Source: Felis catus
Taxonomy: Eukaryota
Assembly: GCF_018350175.1 (NCBI RefSeq)
Contig: NC_058368.1
Span: forward strand, 77,688,001-77,752,000
DNA: 64,000 bases
Direction: 5' to 3'
Shown: positions 24,230 through 36,757 of the stretch, piece after piece
Numbering within the stretch: position 1 is the first letter of the stretch
Layout: each line of letters begins with the position of its first letter
Translations under genes and position numbers: made by a program
The notes under the pieces: generated by a model
What the model saw: the letters and a program-made list of their open reading frames with translations, nothing else
Told to the model about the DNA's origin: nothing
The model's database searches: none

Positions 24230-24450
24230 CTATTTTTTATTGAGGTAGAATTGACATATAATATTAGTGTTAGGCATACAGTGTCATGATTCAATATTAG
24301 TATATATTACAAAATGATCACTATAGTATGTGCAGTTAACATGCGTCACCACACCTAGTCACAAAAATCTTTTTTCTTGTGATAAGAACTTTTAAGATCT
24401 ACTCTCTCGGCAAGTTTCACATACGCAATACAGTATTATTAACTATAGGT
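24230..24450 (-). mobile_element. L1 3' terminal fragment
   Basis: ttttattgaggtagaattgacatataat...agaacttttaagatctactctct. Confidence 0.85.
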
Positions 24451-24827
24451 CGTTAACTATTTCTTAATTTACTTCTTTACTGATTTGACAATTCAGTTAG
24501 GTAGCAGAGGAAAGTTTCAAGTTTTCAGTGCTTTAGGTCAACTACTCAAACATATTCAGGTGTAAGAGAAAATGAAACCATCCCTCAGGCAGTATATAAG
24601 TCTCACACGTGCACTTCAGATAGGGCAAAAAGCGATTCTGAGATGGGGAAGGTTATACATGTTTGTTAGCAGTCGTATGCCATCAACCTCAGGGAAATAA
24701 AGACGTTTTCCTACGCTGCGCAGTCATAATCTCTAATGAATAACAACAGAAGTTAATTTGACTAAAAATTCCCTTTCTAGAAGCTATCTTTCAGAAATAT
24801 CCACACACATGCACAGGTATATATGTA

Positions 24828-25208
24828 TGCTATATATAGAACGGTGTCCCCCTCAAAATCCATATGTTGAAGCCCTCACCCCTAATGTGATGTACAGACA
24901 TAGATAGAGCTTCCAGAAGGCAGTTAAGCTTAGATGAGGCCATGAGGGGTGGGGTCCTCATATAACATTAGTGTTCTTATCAAATAAGACAGGAACAATA
25001 CCCACCCCCCCCATCTCTCTTTCTGGCTCTGCCTCGCTCTCTCCCCCATCACGTGAAGACACAGCAAGAAAGCAGCAGGTTGGAAGCCAACCTGGAAGGT
25101 GATCTTCACTAATTTACCTCCTAGCCTCCAGAACTTGTGACAAATGTTTCTTGTGTAAGCCACGAGTCTATGGGATTTTGTTATCACAGCCCAAGCTGAT
25201 GAAGACAA
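24828..25208 (+). mobile_element. MaLR solo LTR (MLT1A-like)
   Basis: tccccctcaaaatccatatgttgaagccct...cctagcctccagaac...ttgttatcacagcccaagctga..aagaca. Confidence 0.8.
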
Positions 25209-26436
25209 TGTACAAAAATGTTTACTGAAGAATTACTTCTAAAATGAAGGAAGCTGGAAAAACCTAAATGCCCCTTCATGGTCAATAGTCAAGTGAATTA
25301 TTGTACATACGTACCATAGAATGCAATGTGGACATGAAGAATTGTAAGCTGATCTTGTAGGAATTAATATAAAGGATGCCCATGAAATTCTTTTATTCAA
25401 AATATTTTATGGAGAGCATATGACTTTCGACCTGAGGGTTGTGAGTTCAAGCCTCACATTGGACACAGAGTCTACTTAAAATTTAAAAATACGTATACAG
25501 TTATATTAGTTACCAGGCATATGTATATGTACACACATATGTATATGCCCAAAAGGATGGTATTAAATGATTAATAACAGTTATTCTGAATAATTTGAAG
25601 GGCGGCATTGACTTTACATTGTCTAGGTTTTCATATCAATCGAGTGTTTGTAGAGTACACACATCGCTTTTCCAATTTGAAATGTCGATGAAAACAGTTC
25701 ATGACTGAGTAGGAGCAATGAGTCACCATAGCTAGGCAATGAAGCATGGCGGATGGGTACATGATGACATTTTGACATTAAGCCACTCTCACCCAAACCC
25801 TGCTGGTGAAGCTATCCATCCTACATGGAGATACTGAGACAAACCCATGGATCTCTGGGCACAATATTTGGAACTGGTTCCATCCAGAAAAGTAGAAGGA
25901 GAGATTCTCATCAGAGAGCCAGGAGGCTCTAAACTGTTGGAGAGGAGAACAGGAGCATGAAGCGTGGGAGGTGGTCATGGTGATGGGCTGCAGCTCTGAA
26001 CTCTACATTCAAGTGCAGCTCTTTCACTGAATACACTGGAAAGATACCAGTCCCTCTGGTTTGCATACAGCATCTTGTTCCCATGCACACGTGTGAATTA
26101 CCATAAAGTGATCCAACGCCTGATCTTCTTGACAATGGGTTTCCTGGAGATTCTCTGGATAGCAAAAAGTTACTCTTCAAATTAGTGTTTTAAAGATGCC
26201 CTTGAAGAGAGGCAAGTAATAAACTAATGGAAATAAGTATAATTATAAGTTAATTTTATTTTAGAAACTGCTTAAAGAAATTCTCAGGAAACTTATTGTC
26301 TCTTTCAGTTCAATTAAATGGACACGATTAAATCAGAAAGTGACGGACCTCGAGGGAGAAATTATTTCCTCACAGGAACTCTTGATTGAGGGTTGTTCAA
26401 ACAATGCTGTGTAGGCGCTCACAGAGAAACACACAC

Positions 26437-26659
26437 CCACAGTCTTCACCCAGTGCAGAAATACAGTTCTCCCTTGTCTTCTTTTTAACAGACAAAGGAG
26501 AAGTAGAAACACTCAGGCCAACGACAGACAAGGCAGCCCAAGAGCCTACGAATTGCTGGCCCAGGACGCCAAGGGGGGCAGACTCATTGGCAAGAGGAGA
26601 TTCTAGGTCTGCAGACAACCCGATATTTTGGGGGGATAAATCAGTCCTCAGTCTACATG
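26437..26659 (-). pseudogene. Candidate exon remnant within ORF 26397-26810
   Basis: tctctttcacaaactcag| ... TGG|gtgtgt; open frame TDLSPQNIGLSADLESPLANESAPLGVLGQQFV... Confidence 0.3.
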
Positions 26660-27582
26660 CTGAGTTTGTGAAAGAGATACATATTTCAAAAATGAAAGCT
26701 TTGAGGATTAATACAGTTACTTTGGGGAGTGGCACCCTCGAGTGACAAAGGAAGTTCTGTCCTTGCAGGCACAGGTCTCTTTTATGACTGAGTTGACATT
26801 TTATGGACACAGATTATCTGTCTTAAGCTCTGAGCTTTGGGATATGAACCAGCCCTCAAAGAGAGCGATGGTAAAATGGGCTATTCTGACCTAGCCAGTA
26901 TGTGATATAGAATAAAGAGCTGTAACATACAAGTTGAAAATGTCATATTTCCCCCACCAAACTACCAGAGCACATCTTTCACTGTGTTACGTGTTTTTCT
27001 CATGCATAAAATGTGAGAGAAAAATAAGATAAATTCACTTAAATTTTGGCTGCAATAGTATATTTCTCTGACTTTGAACATACTGACAATATTAAATTAA
27101 TTGTGAGTTCATTGTAGGCAAATTGATGATCATTCTAAGGGTAAGGACTTTAAGGTATGTCTTTGATATCTGGATAGAACCAAACCATCTCAAACATTTC
27201 ATCTTTCCTATACAAATGGCTAAAGTATAGATAACTTTTGGGCATTTGATAAACTCTGTTTATAACCACATTTCACTTTAGGCAGGTGGAGTTGGGATTT
27301 TGGCATTCAGTCTTATCAGGATGTGATCCTAGATTTATACTGGACTCCCTAAATGGACTCACCTGGTAAAAATTATCTGGCAGCAGAGACAACCACAGAG
27401 ACCCTCTGCTGAGTCAATTAATACGAGTGTTCCTGTAATGAGCCAAGAGGTATTTAGAAACTCAGGGATCAATTAATTTGTAAGTCAAGAAACAATTTAG
27501 GAGAGTAACCAGACTGTTTAAATGGACATTAATTCCTTTAAAAAGACAAATCATATTGATGTGACCTTAAAAAAGTATTTTC

Positions 27583-27800
27583 GGGGTGCCTGGGTGGCGC
27601 AGTCGGTTAAGCGTCCGACTTCAGCCAGGTCACGATCTCGCGGTCCGTGAGTTCGAGCCCCGCGTCGGGCTCTGGGCTGATGGCTCGGAGCCTGGAGCCT
27701 GTTTCCGATTCTGTGTCTCCCTCTCTCTCTGCCCCTCCCCCATTCATGCTCTGTCTCTCTCTGTCCCAAAAATAAATAAACGTTGAAAAAAAAAAAAAAA
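27583..27800 (+). mobile_element. Young feline SINE (SINEC_Fc type)
   Basis: Near-consensus, A tail, TSD aaaaaagtattttc. Confidence 0.97.
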
Positions 27801-27949
27801 GTATTTTCATGTGATACCTGAAGCTCTTGGTAATATATTTGTAGTTAGGGAAACTGAGTCAATAAACACGTCCAAGTGACATGAAAACCATCTTTGTCTT
27901 CTATTTCAATTTGTAACATGCACATGCACGCACACGCACACACACACAG

Positions 27950-28965
27950 TTGAATGTTCAATTAGCTACTGGGAGTTGAGACCTCAAATGATCCCATAGT
28001 TTAATGACCAGGACCAAGATGAAGCCCTTCTCCATCAACCTGACTTTATTATTTGTTCCAGCAAATTCTTTCTCAGGAAGATAAGGCTATTAGCCAGTAT
28101 AACACTTCACTGTTGGCTTCAGAAACTTTCCCCAAACCAACAAAGTGCCCAAACAGCCCCCCTTTCTAATCAAACAACTGTTCATTTGTAAATACTTGCT
28201 TCAAGACATTCCACCTCTCTGGGTCTACCTGTCCTAAATTACAGTATCAGGACCTTGATTCAATCTCAATCAGATCCTTGCATTGAAAGACTCATCTTAA
28301 GTCCTTTGGGTCCAGACCTCAAAAGCCCATAAATATCTATCCATGGGTCCCTCTTCTGAAGCCACCGAAAGACTTGGCCATGTGTCCACCTACAGTGAAG
28401 ATAATGAGCTGAACTTTGCTTGATTAACAGGTTAGTCGGGTGGTTCACCAAGATGGCCCTAATGTTCTCCTCTATGTGCTGAAACCACAGACACAGGCTT
28501 CTTCCTGGTTCCAGGTCCCTAATCTCCCTTTGCTTGGAACACTTTTTTTGTATAGAAAACTTGTAAATATTGCAAATTTTGTCCTTTTGAGACGTAAATC
28601 TTTGTAGAGTCTCTTGCCACTTTTGCAACCCAGGAACATCTTCCCAAGGAGCTGGGAGCCATCCCTTTGAATTGTGTCATCAGAGGAAACAGTGTCCCAC
28701 TTCTCAGTCTCTGGGGCCAGCCTTCTGCAGGTGCAAGAGCTCCAAATGCAGAGCTAACGGTACTTCCTGTCATGAAAAACTGGCTTTTCTGGGGTGGGGG
28801 GTAAAAATAATCAGCAAACTCAGATAGTCTACAATCCCATTCCATGCTCTGTTTTGGCAGAGTTGAGCTCAGGCAGGGTTCTGGCTTCTTCCCTCTATTG
28901 CAGCGGCCTTGAACAAAGTCAGGCTGGCTCTTTAAACTTCAGCAGGTGCAATTCTTTCTTCGGCG
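27950..28965 (+). mobile_element. ERV LTR-derived sequence (distal part MER34-like)
   Basis: tagaaaacttgtaa, caacccaggaacatcttcccaaggagctgggagccatccctttgaa, ctctattgcag..cttgaacaaagtc. Confidence 0.6.
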
Positions 28966-29026
28966 TAGTCTTTCAAGTATTTGGTACTCAACATTAATTT
29001 TCTCACATGGAAATATACATTTTTTA

Positions 29027-29190
29027 GGGACACACGGGTGGCACAGTCGGTTAAGTATCCGACTTGGGCTCAGGTCATGGTCTCATGACTCATGGGTTCC
29101 AGCCCCATGTCAGGCTCTGTGCTGATAGCTCAGAGCCTGGATCCTGCTTCAGATTTTGTCTCCTTCTGTCTCTGCCCCTCCCCCACTCAT

Positions 29191-29227
<37 letters not shown>

Positions 29228-29255
29228 AATAAAAACAATAAAAAATTTTTAAAAA
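29027..29255 (+). mobile_element. Can-SINE (left member of tail-to-tail pair)
   Basis: Head at 29027; flanked by gaaatatacatt. Confidence 0.95.
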
Positions 29256-29268
29256 GGAAATATACATT

Positions 29269-29284
29269 AAAAATGTTAATGTTT

Positions 29285-29323
<39 letters not shown>

Positions 29324-29495
29324 ATAAGCATGGGAGGGAAGAGGGCAGAGAGAGAGGGAGACACAGAATTTGAAGCAGGCTCCAGGCTCTGAGCTGTCAG
29401 CACAGAGTCCAACGTGGGCTTGAACTCACGAACCATGAGATCATGACCTGAGCTGAAGTCAAACACTTAACCAACTGAGCCACCCAGGCGCCCCC
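29269..29495 (-). mobile_element. Can-SINE (right member of tail-to-tail pair)
   Basis: Reverse element; flanked by gaaatatacatt. Confidence 0.95.
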
Positions 29496-30133
29496 AGAAA
29501 TATACATTTTTTAAGCACAACTCAAGAATGCTTGAATTTAATGCGAATATTTTTTATTTCTAACTGGGTCTCATTTTTTTTCTTCAGGGAATTCAACAAA
29601 ATCTAATTAATAGTGCAATTTTATAAATAAATATTTGGAAAATATACAAAACACATACACTTCCAAAGAAATTATTTTACAAATGTAATATAATGCATCA
29701 AGGTAAAGCACACATATGTGAGTTTATAGGTAATAATATATGTTATTATTTATTGAATATTTAATAAGTAACAGGCATCATGAAAAACTCACTGTCATAC
29801 AAGTATCTTCTACCGTTGCATTAAGTATTACAAATATGCATTTGATTAATATACAGAATCTTTAGAAACACATGTGCTTGTTCCAGATCCTAAAATGAAA
29901 TGATTTCTGACTTTTCATAAAAGTTACAGGTTCAAATTTTTCTCTAGACTTTTCATCATGCAAGATACTTGGCAAACCAGGACATTAAAACTTCTTCATA
30001 TCAAAGTTACTTTTTTATTCAAAAGGGCTCTGAGCGCCAAAGGAATTGCTTACACTGTCAGTTCCAGCCTTTTTTCCACAGAAGAGACTATTCATGTTGG
30101 TCCCTTAAACCAAGTGAGGACCAGCCACCTCAC

Positions 30134-30258
30134 TTGTGGTCCTTGTCCTCCCTCTCTGCCCGTGCATCTTAAACATTTGACCGTCAAAAGCGGCCATGCA
30201 AAATCCTCAAGATATCTAATATACAACTGAGATCTGCCTTCTGGGAATTTCAACATTC
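30134..30258 (-). pseudogene. Candidate exon remnant: MLKFPEGRSQLYIRYLEDFAWPLLTVKCLRCTGREGGQGPQ
   Basis: Donor CAA|gtgagg; weak acceptor; 41 open codons. Confidence 0.35.
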
Positions 30259-30352
30259 CTGACATCATAGCAATCAGCTTCTTATGAATAATTTTCCTTC
30301 AAAATATCTCTGTCTTGTTTTACATTTATAGTTACCTTAAAGAAATACCAAA

Positions 30353-30826
30353 GGAGGTGTCTGGGTGGCTCAGTCGGTTAAGTGTCCGACTTGGGCTCAG
30401 ATCATGATCTTGCAGTTTGTGAGTTCGAGACCCATGACGACGGGCTCTGTGCAGACAGCTCAGAGCCTGGAGCCTGCTTTGGATTCTGTGTCTCCCTCTC
30501 TCTCTGCCCCTCCCCCATTTATGGTCCCCCCTCCCCCACCTCTCTCTCGTTCTCTCTCTCAAAACTAAATATTAAAAAAATACTTCTATAAAAACTGAAA
30601 TACCAATGGGGGGGGCGCCTGGTGGCTCAATGGGGTTGGACATCCAACTCTTGATTTTCGCTCAGGTCATGACCCCAAGGTCGTGGGATCGAGCCCCACA
30701 TCAGGCTCTGCACTGACAGTGTGAAGCCTGCTTGGGATTCTCTCTCTCCCTCTCTCTGCCCCTCCAGTGCTCACACGCACTCTCTCTCTCAAAATAGATA
30801 AATGAGCAAATAAATATTTAAAAAAT
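30353..30826 (+). mobile_element. Two head-to-tail Can-SINEs (~30353-30580, ~30612-30826)
   Basis: Two heads and tails; aaataccaa precedes each head. Confidence 0.9.
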
Positions 30827-31258
30827 CTTTAAACAAATAACAGTAGTGTATACATCTCCTGCGCTACAAAACAGTTTCATTACTGTAACACATCTATCAG
30901 TGGGGACTCGTCCTAATTCTGCCCTCCTCCACACTAACCTTTTGATAGTTACATCTGTCCTGGCATCTACTCTATAGGTATTCACTTTGCCAACTGGGGT
31001 TTTTTGCTCTTCGGTGATCAGAATTTTTAAATAATTAATTTCTAAACTGAATTCAGGTGTCAGATAAGGTTTTAAGTGAGATCTGCTCTAGGAAGAAAAA
31101 TGGAAAGAGGAGTAGCTAATGCTCACTAATTAAATAATATCAAGGAGGATATTATGTTCCCCCGGTGTCTGCCAGTTGTAAAATGATTATTTTAGACACA
31201 TCAAATGTGACAGTTGTGTATTTGAAACTTGCCCATAATTTTGTTGAAGTCAGAGTAG

Positions 31259-31478
31259 TTTTTTTTAATTTTAATGTTTAATTATTTTTGAGAGAGAGAG
31301 AGAGGGACAGAGCGTGAGCGGGGAGGGGCTGAGAGAGAGGGAGACACAGAATCCGAAGCAGGCTCCAGGCTCCGAGCTGTCAGCACAGAGCCTGATACGA
31401 GGCTTGAACTCACAAGACATGAGATCATGACCTGAGCCGAAGTCAGATGCTTAACCAACTGAGCCACCCAGGTGCCCC
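31259..31478 (-). mobile_element. Can-SINE
   Basis: TSD cagagtag. Confidence 0.95.
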
Positions 31479-31775
31479 AGAGTAGATTTTTTTTTAAGCA
31501 AACCAATATTGTGGAAGAATTACGTCATTTTTGGAAAGTGACGCACCATTATTTCCACTCTGTTTCTGCCCCCCAACCCTGCCCTGCCTTTTGTCTCTCT
31601 AAGAGTTACTTTCCCGAGAGACTGTCGTAACACCAAATGTGAGAATGAAGTTCAGAAACATGCGCCAATTCCAGCATTTCTGGCTTGGAAGACGGCAGAA
31701 AAAATATATTTCTGTATTTCAAAGGATCCTATTTTCATAAAGAACCGAATACATTAACGAGTGGAATTACTTTAC

Positions 31776-31948
31776 TCATGACGTGGAGACAAAACTTCAA
31801 AGCCAAAGTGAGTGAGCGAAAGCTAACTTCGTTTAGGAGTCTTGCCGAAAGACTGTTAACAGTGGTATTGTCCCACTTCACGGAGCTCAAGTTGAAGCTT
31901 GGCAGCTGACTTTGGAGTCTGTCTTTTAATAGCACTACATTTGCCTCT
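31776..31948 (-). pseudogene. Exon remnant: EANVVLLKDRLQSQLPSFNLSSVKWDNTTVNSLSARLLNEVSFRSLTLALKFCLHVM
   Basis: cttaatctctag| ... |gtaaag; fully open; phase 2 start matches 32401-32509. Confidence 0.5.
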
Positions 31949-32400
31949 CTAGAGATTAAGCTTCCTCATTGGCCAAGCCATTCACGTACTAAGTCATTTA
32001 TTAGCTCGATCATTCCCGCATATCAGCTTTGCAGATATTCTGACTCAAACCTGTTCTTCAGTAAAATTTCAGGTTGCTACACGTCATCGTCTTTAGAGTT
32101 TCTATAAAACCGTTAAGCCTGTTTATACTAAAGGCCAAATGTACTTTTTATTCTGGCCCAAAATGAAGTATTTTAGAAGCTGAATGGCAGTTATATGAGG
32201 TAAGGTGGAGTCTGAAGCCCTAAATATTCACTAAATATATGATTGCTATTAACTCCCTAATTTTAAACAAAATGTACTGATGAAGGCATTCTCATATCCT
32301 TTGGCTAATTACACAACTACTCATTACACCATGTTCTTTAAAAATATTCCAAAGTAAAACAAAAGGGGCAAAGGCTTTGATCATTTGGTGCTGAAGTAAC

Positions 32401-32509
32401 CTTTTTGGTGTTCTTGAATGTGACCGAGACCTGAACCCGTCGGCTCTTTTGACCACCCGAGGAGGTTCTGAGGGAGCGTCTGCATCTTCAAGGCTGAAGA
32501 TCTTCTCCT
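32401..32509 (-). pseudogene. Exon remnant: EKIFSLEDADAPSEPPRVVKRADGFRSRSHSRTPK
   Basis: aattcatag| ... AAG|gttact; fully open, GC/CpG-richer than its flanks. Confidence 0.5.
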
Positions 32510-33021
32510 CTATGAATTATATTTAAGCTGATCTGACAGACATTTAACCACTGGATTGACTGCTAAGAGTCTGATGAGCACAATTAGATAGCAATTGCAT
32601 TATAATGCCTGGAGATTAAGAGAAAACCACCAAAGGACAGTGTTCATTTCACCCGTAGTTGAATGGATTTCCTATCATGACACTTCTCTCCAACAGTGGA
32701 AATTGCCCATATAAAATTCCTAATAAATGAAATACTATCTTTGTCACAATGGAACATCTGGAATGATTTAATAGCACGAAAGCTTCTCTTGCTTTTCTTT
32801 CAAACACTCGCGGAAAAAGAAAACCTAGCGATATTTTCTATTCTATTAAAAATAGGTTATCATATGAAAGCAATCATACCGAACTAACAATTGTTGTTGT
32901 TAGTTCTCTCAAAAGCATGCATGTAAACAGATGCACTGAATTTGACTTCTTAGTTGATTTTGTCGTTCACGTAAAAACTGTCTATTAAGGGCCTATTAAT
33001 AAAGGTCCTGCTTAGGAGTAC

Positions 33022-33265
33022 TGTCTTCAGTGGAAGAGTTGTGGCTGAAGCAATATGAGTGAAAACCCAAGGGGAAAAATGTGTGAAGTCCTACAGGGGC
33101 TCAACGGAAGGACCACCTGGGTCTCATTAACAGCATAAACACTTCTTGTCAAAGGTGACATTGGATAGTGCCATGGAGATTCAGGAGTGCCTACAGGAGT
33201 CGTCTGTTCCATGACACTGTAATTTTTAAGCGATCCTACCTGACCAATAATAGGAATACCAGGAT
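33022..33265 (-). pseudogene. Candidate exon remnant: PGIPIIGQVGSLKNYSVMEQTTPVGTPESPWHYP...
   Basis: Acceptor tctttctttccacaaaag|; long open frame; donor uncertain. Confidence 0.35.
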
Positions 33266-33344
33266 CTTTTGTGGAAAGAAAGACTGTGACTTAGGCTATA
33301 TAGAAAGTGTCTTATTACCCATATTTCTGCCATCTTCCATGAAA

Positions 33345-33763
33345 CTGATGAATTTTATGCATCAGCTTGGCTAAGCTATAGTGCCCAGAGAGTGGGCTCA
33401 ACACCAGTCTAGATGTTGCTGTGAAGGTATGTTTAATAGGACACTAACACTGGAACCCACAGACATTAGATAAAAGCACATGAGCCAACATAAGATGGGT
33501 GGGCCTCATTCAATGAACTGAAGGTCTTAAGACATAAAGACTGGGGTACCCCAAAGAAGAGGGAATTCTACCAGTAGACTGTCTGTGGACTCAAGATGGC
33601 AACTCTCCCCTGGGTTCCAGCCTGCCAGTCTGTCCTGCAAATTTTGGACTTGCCAGGTCAGATGATTCTATGAGCCAATTCCGCGTGTGTGTGTGTGTGC
33701 GCGCGCGCACACACACACACACACACCCTATATGTTCTTTCTCTAGAGAACCTGGCTAATACC
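33345..33763 (+). mobile_element. ERVL solo LTR (MLT2-like)
   Basis: ttttatgcatcagcttggctaagcta...tctagatgttgctgtgaaggta...tctctagagaacctggctaatac. Confidence 0.8.
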
Positions 33764-34524
33764 ATCAGGGACCCCAATGAGGATGTTATTTTTCAACAGA
33801 AGAAGTTTTGTAATACTCTTCTATGTCTACAGCAGAGCAGAGAACTCAAATATAGGACACACGGCATTCAAGTAAGGAGAAAGGGACGGATATTTTAAGA
33901 GAGAGAGAGAGACTGCAGCAAGTTTCATTTTAAGTAAAGTGGGTAGTCACATTTTTGCAGCACATATGAAAAATAAACAAGCCTTTTTAATTAGAATAAT
34001 TTTAAAAACCTATACATTAAGTGAACTTGCAGCAAGAGTGTAGGAAGCAGCCTGGAATAGTTGTCTTGGGGAAGCAGAGAAGCATTTGAACCTATTCAAC
34101 GTGGCAGATGGCTAGTGGTCTACATGGGGGAGAAACTGGGGAGGGAGGAAAGACTAATACGAGGGAGACCAACCCCATAGCAGTTTCCTGGCCATGGTGC
34201 CAAAGTTCAGTACGGAGACCAATTTAAAAATAGAAATCAGCATCTCCTGCCCCGCCCCCCGCCCCAGTGCACATTCTGTCATCCTCCTGACCGCATCTTC
34301 ATGCACCTCCCCGCCCCCCCAGGACCATGTGGCCCAGCAGTACTTGGCAGTTTTGGGGTTTACATGTTATCGGGGGAATTATCAGATTAGTGTCCCAAAC
34401 GGCACGTGGGCTCCCTATAGAAATATGCCCCAAGGATTGAGTGTATTTGCATTCACTAAGCATCATGGTTGCATTCAGGAAGCAACCTCAGTACCTGCCA
34501 GTGAATGAATGCGTGAAGGAACAT

Positions 34525-34785
34525 GTGTGCATGTATATGTGTATATATGTATATGTATATATATATGTATATATACACATGTATATATGTATATGTATAT
34601 ATTCATTATATGTATATTCATACATATATATACATACATATACATATATACATATATATATATATACACACACAGCTTCTGGAAAAATATATGCATACAT
34701 ATATATAAAATGTATGCATATACATATAATGAATATATTCATTTTATATATATATACACACACACATATAATATGTATATATGTC
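34525..34785. repeat. Compound (TA)/(TG)/(CA) low-complexity repeat
   Basis: Direct. Confidence 0.9.
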
Positions 34786-34844
34786 CATAATCAGCAAAAT
34801 TAATGCTTTGGCTAACAGATAACATACTTATAAATCTCATTCCA

Positions 34845-35065
34845 GGGGCAGCTGGGTGGCTCAGTTGGTTGGGCATCCGACTTTGGTCATGACCCAGGTC
34901 ATGATCTCACGGTCAGTGGGTTCGAACCCTGGGTCAGGCTCTATGCTAACAGCTCAGAGCCTGGAGCCTGCTTCAGATTCTGTGTCTCCCTCTCTCTCTG
35001 CTCCTGCCCCCCTCTGTCTTTCTCTCTGTCAAAAATAAAATAAACATTAAAAAAAATTGAAAAAA
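34845..35065 (+). mobile_element. Can-SINE
   Basis: TSD aaatctcattcca. Confidence 0.95.
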
Positions 35066-35179
35066 ATCTCATTCCACGTCCCAGATTTCTTTGATTCTAA
35101 GACAACTTTACCCATTGCAGCTTCTCAATTCTAAAATCTAGTTGTGTAATAAAGTCAATAGATTGTCATGTTTTGTCTA

Positions 35180-35284
35180 TTTTTTTTTTCTTGGTCTCTC
35201 TCTCTTTTTTTTTTTTTTTTTAAAGTAGGCTCAACACAGGGCTTCAACTGAGACACCCAGGCACCCTGGGTTTTTTTTTTTCTT

Positions 35285-35331
<47 letters not shown>

Positions 35332-35397
35332 AAGTAGGCTCAACACAGGGCTTCAACTGAGACACCCAGGCACCCTGGGGTTTTTTTTTCTTGGTCT
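35180..35397 (-). mobile_element. Tandem pair of internally deleted SINE remnants
   Basis: aagtaggctcaacacagggcttcaactgagacacccaggcaccctggg occurs twice. Confidence 0.8.
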
Positions 35398-35956
35398 TCC
35401 AATCGAGAGCATGTTTGATTTGATGCCATGTAGAGAACGTTTCGTTTTCATCTAACTGGATGTCCACCTATGACATAGAGAAATCCGATTTATTACAGCA
35501 ACTAAAGCAGCAATAAATAAAGGGTACTTCTTATATATTTTTTTAATCTCTAGACACAAATATGGGCTTCCCAAGAAGGAAACCACAACACAAAATAGAT
35601 TTCAAATTAGGGTGGGAATGAATTTTTAAACCATGCAATTTTTACTCAAAGAGCTTTGAACCAATCACTGTCATTATATTAGATGAGAATGAGATTATAT
35701 AAAAAGAGATTAGAGCTTCAACTTGGAACCTGATGTTTAAACCCTTACACCAGTGACATCACAACACTGTAGCACTAATAAGAAAAGAAATTATATACAT
35801 ATAAATAAGTATGTTACATAAATGTTACAGCTAAAACGTCTTTGGAGTTTAGAAAAATATTTTTTAAAAAAATACATGTGTATATAATATATATTTAAAA
35901 ATATGTATATATAAAATCTTGTAAGAGTCTTAAAAATTTTAAGGACTAGGCACTAC

Positions 35957-35992
<36 letters not shown>

Positions 35993-36444
35993 CCTCTGTT
36001 CACAACTTTGAAGGTTGAATGTTTTACCCATAGACCCCTAGTGAGTAAATGGAAAAGCCAATAATCAATGCAAATTTCTTAACTCCAAAATCTCATTTTT
36101 CCCCTCAAATCAGTACAACACAATGTAGAAGGCCAAAAAGAATGAGAAATTCATCATTCATTACAGCTCACTGACAGTAAAAAAAGGTAATTGGAATAAA
36201 GAAATATGTGTCCAATATGCCTATATATTACAGTCTCCTAGAAAAAAAACGATTTATTCATTTTTCCTGCATATTCTATATTCAATATCGAATTGAACTA
36301 GTTTTGTATCCATTTGTGACTCTCTTGCTTTATAAACACTTTCAGGAAAATTACTTTGGGGAATGGTCATATTTTCAATCACAAGAACACATTAGACATC
36401 TGAACTTTAAATTATTCTTCAGTATTTTGAAATCCCCGTAAGAC

Positions 36445-36683
36445 CTCGGCAAGGAGAACTGGGTTAACAGGGGCAGAGTGTCCAGTCTGGACTGAGAGGA
36501 ATCTTCTTCTTTCTCCTTCTTTTTAACTTCTCCCTCATCGAGGTTAAATGAAGAACGAGCAAGGCTCTGACAGGCCTCCTTACTTCCCACCTTTGGATTC
36601 CCTGTGCCGGCCAGTAAATACTTGTGAAATGAACGCCCATGCGAATAAATATTTCTAATCTACTGGCAGAGGTGGTTAACATC
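36445..36683 (-). pseudogene. Exon remnant: DVNHLCQ*IRNIYSHGRSFHKYLLAGTGNPKVGSKEACQSLARSSFNLDEGEVKKKEKEEDSS
   Basis: ttatgtgcag| after a 74-nt intron; one stop in ~79 codons; donor uncertain. Confidence 0.45.
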
Positions 36684-36757
36684 CTGCACATAATACAGCC
36701 CGCTTAGGCGGAGTCAGGAAGAGGTGATAGGAGCAGAAGGGCATGAGGCATCCTGAC

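Noticed and set aside
25415..25490. tRNA-like B-box sequence
   Set aside because: Short degenerate SINE head with A-rich tail; no cloverleaf.
27551..27810. Recurring peptide family (MPGWRSRLSVRLQPGHDL..., WVAQSV..LT.AQVMI...) across the window
   Set aside because: All are Can-SINE translations, not a gene family.
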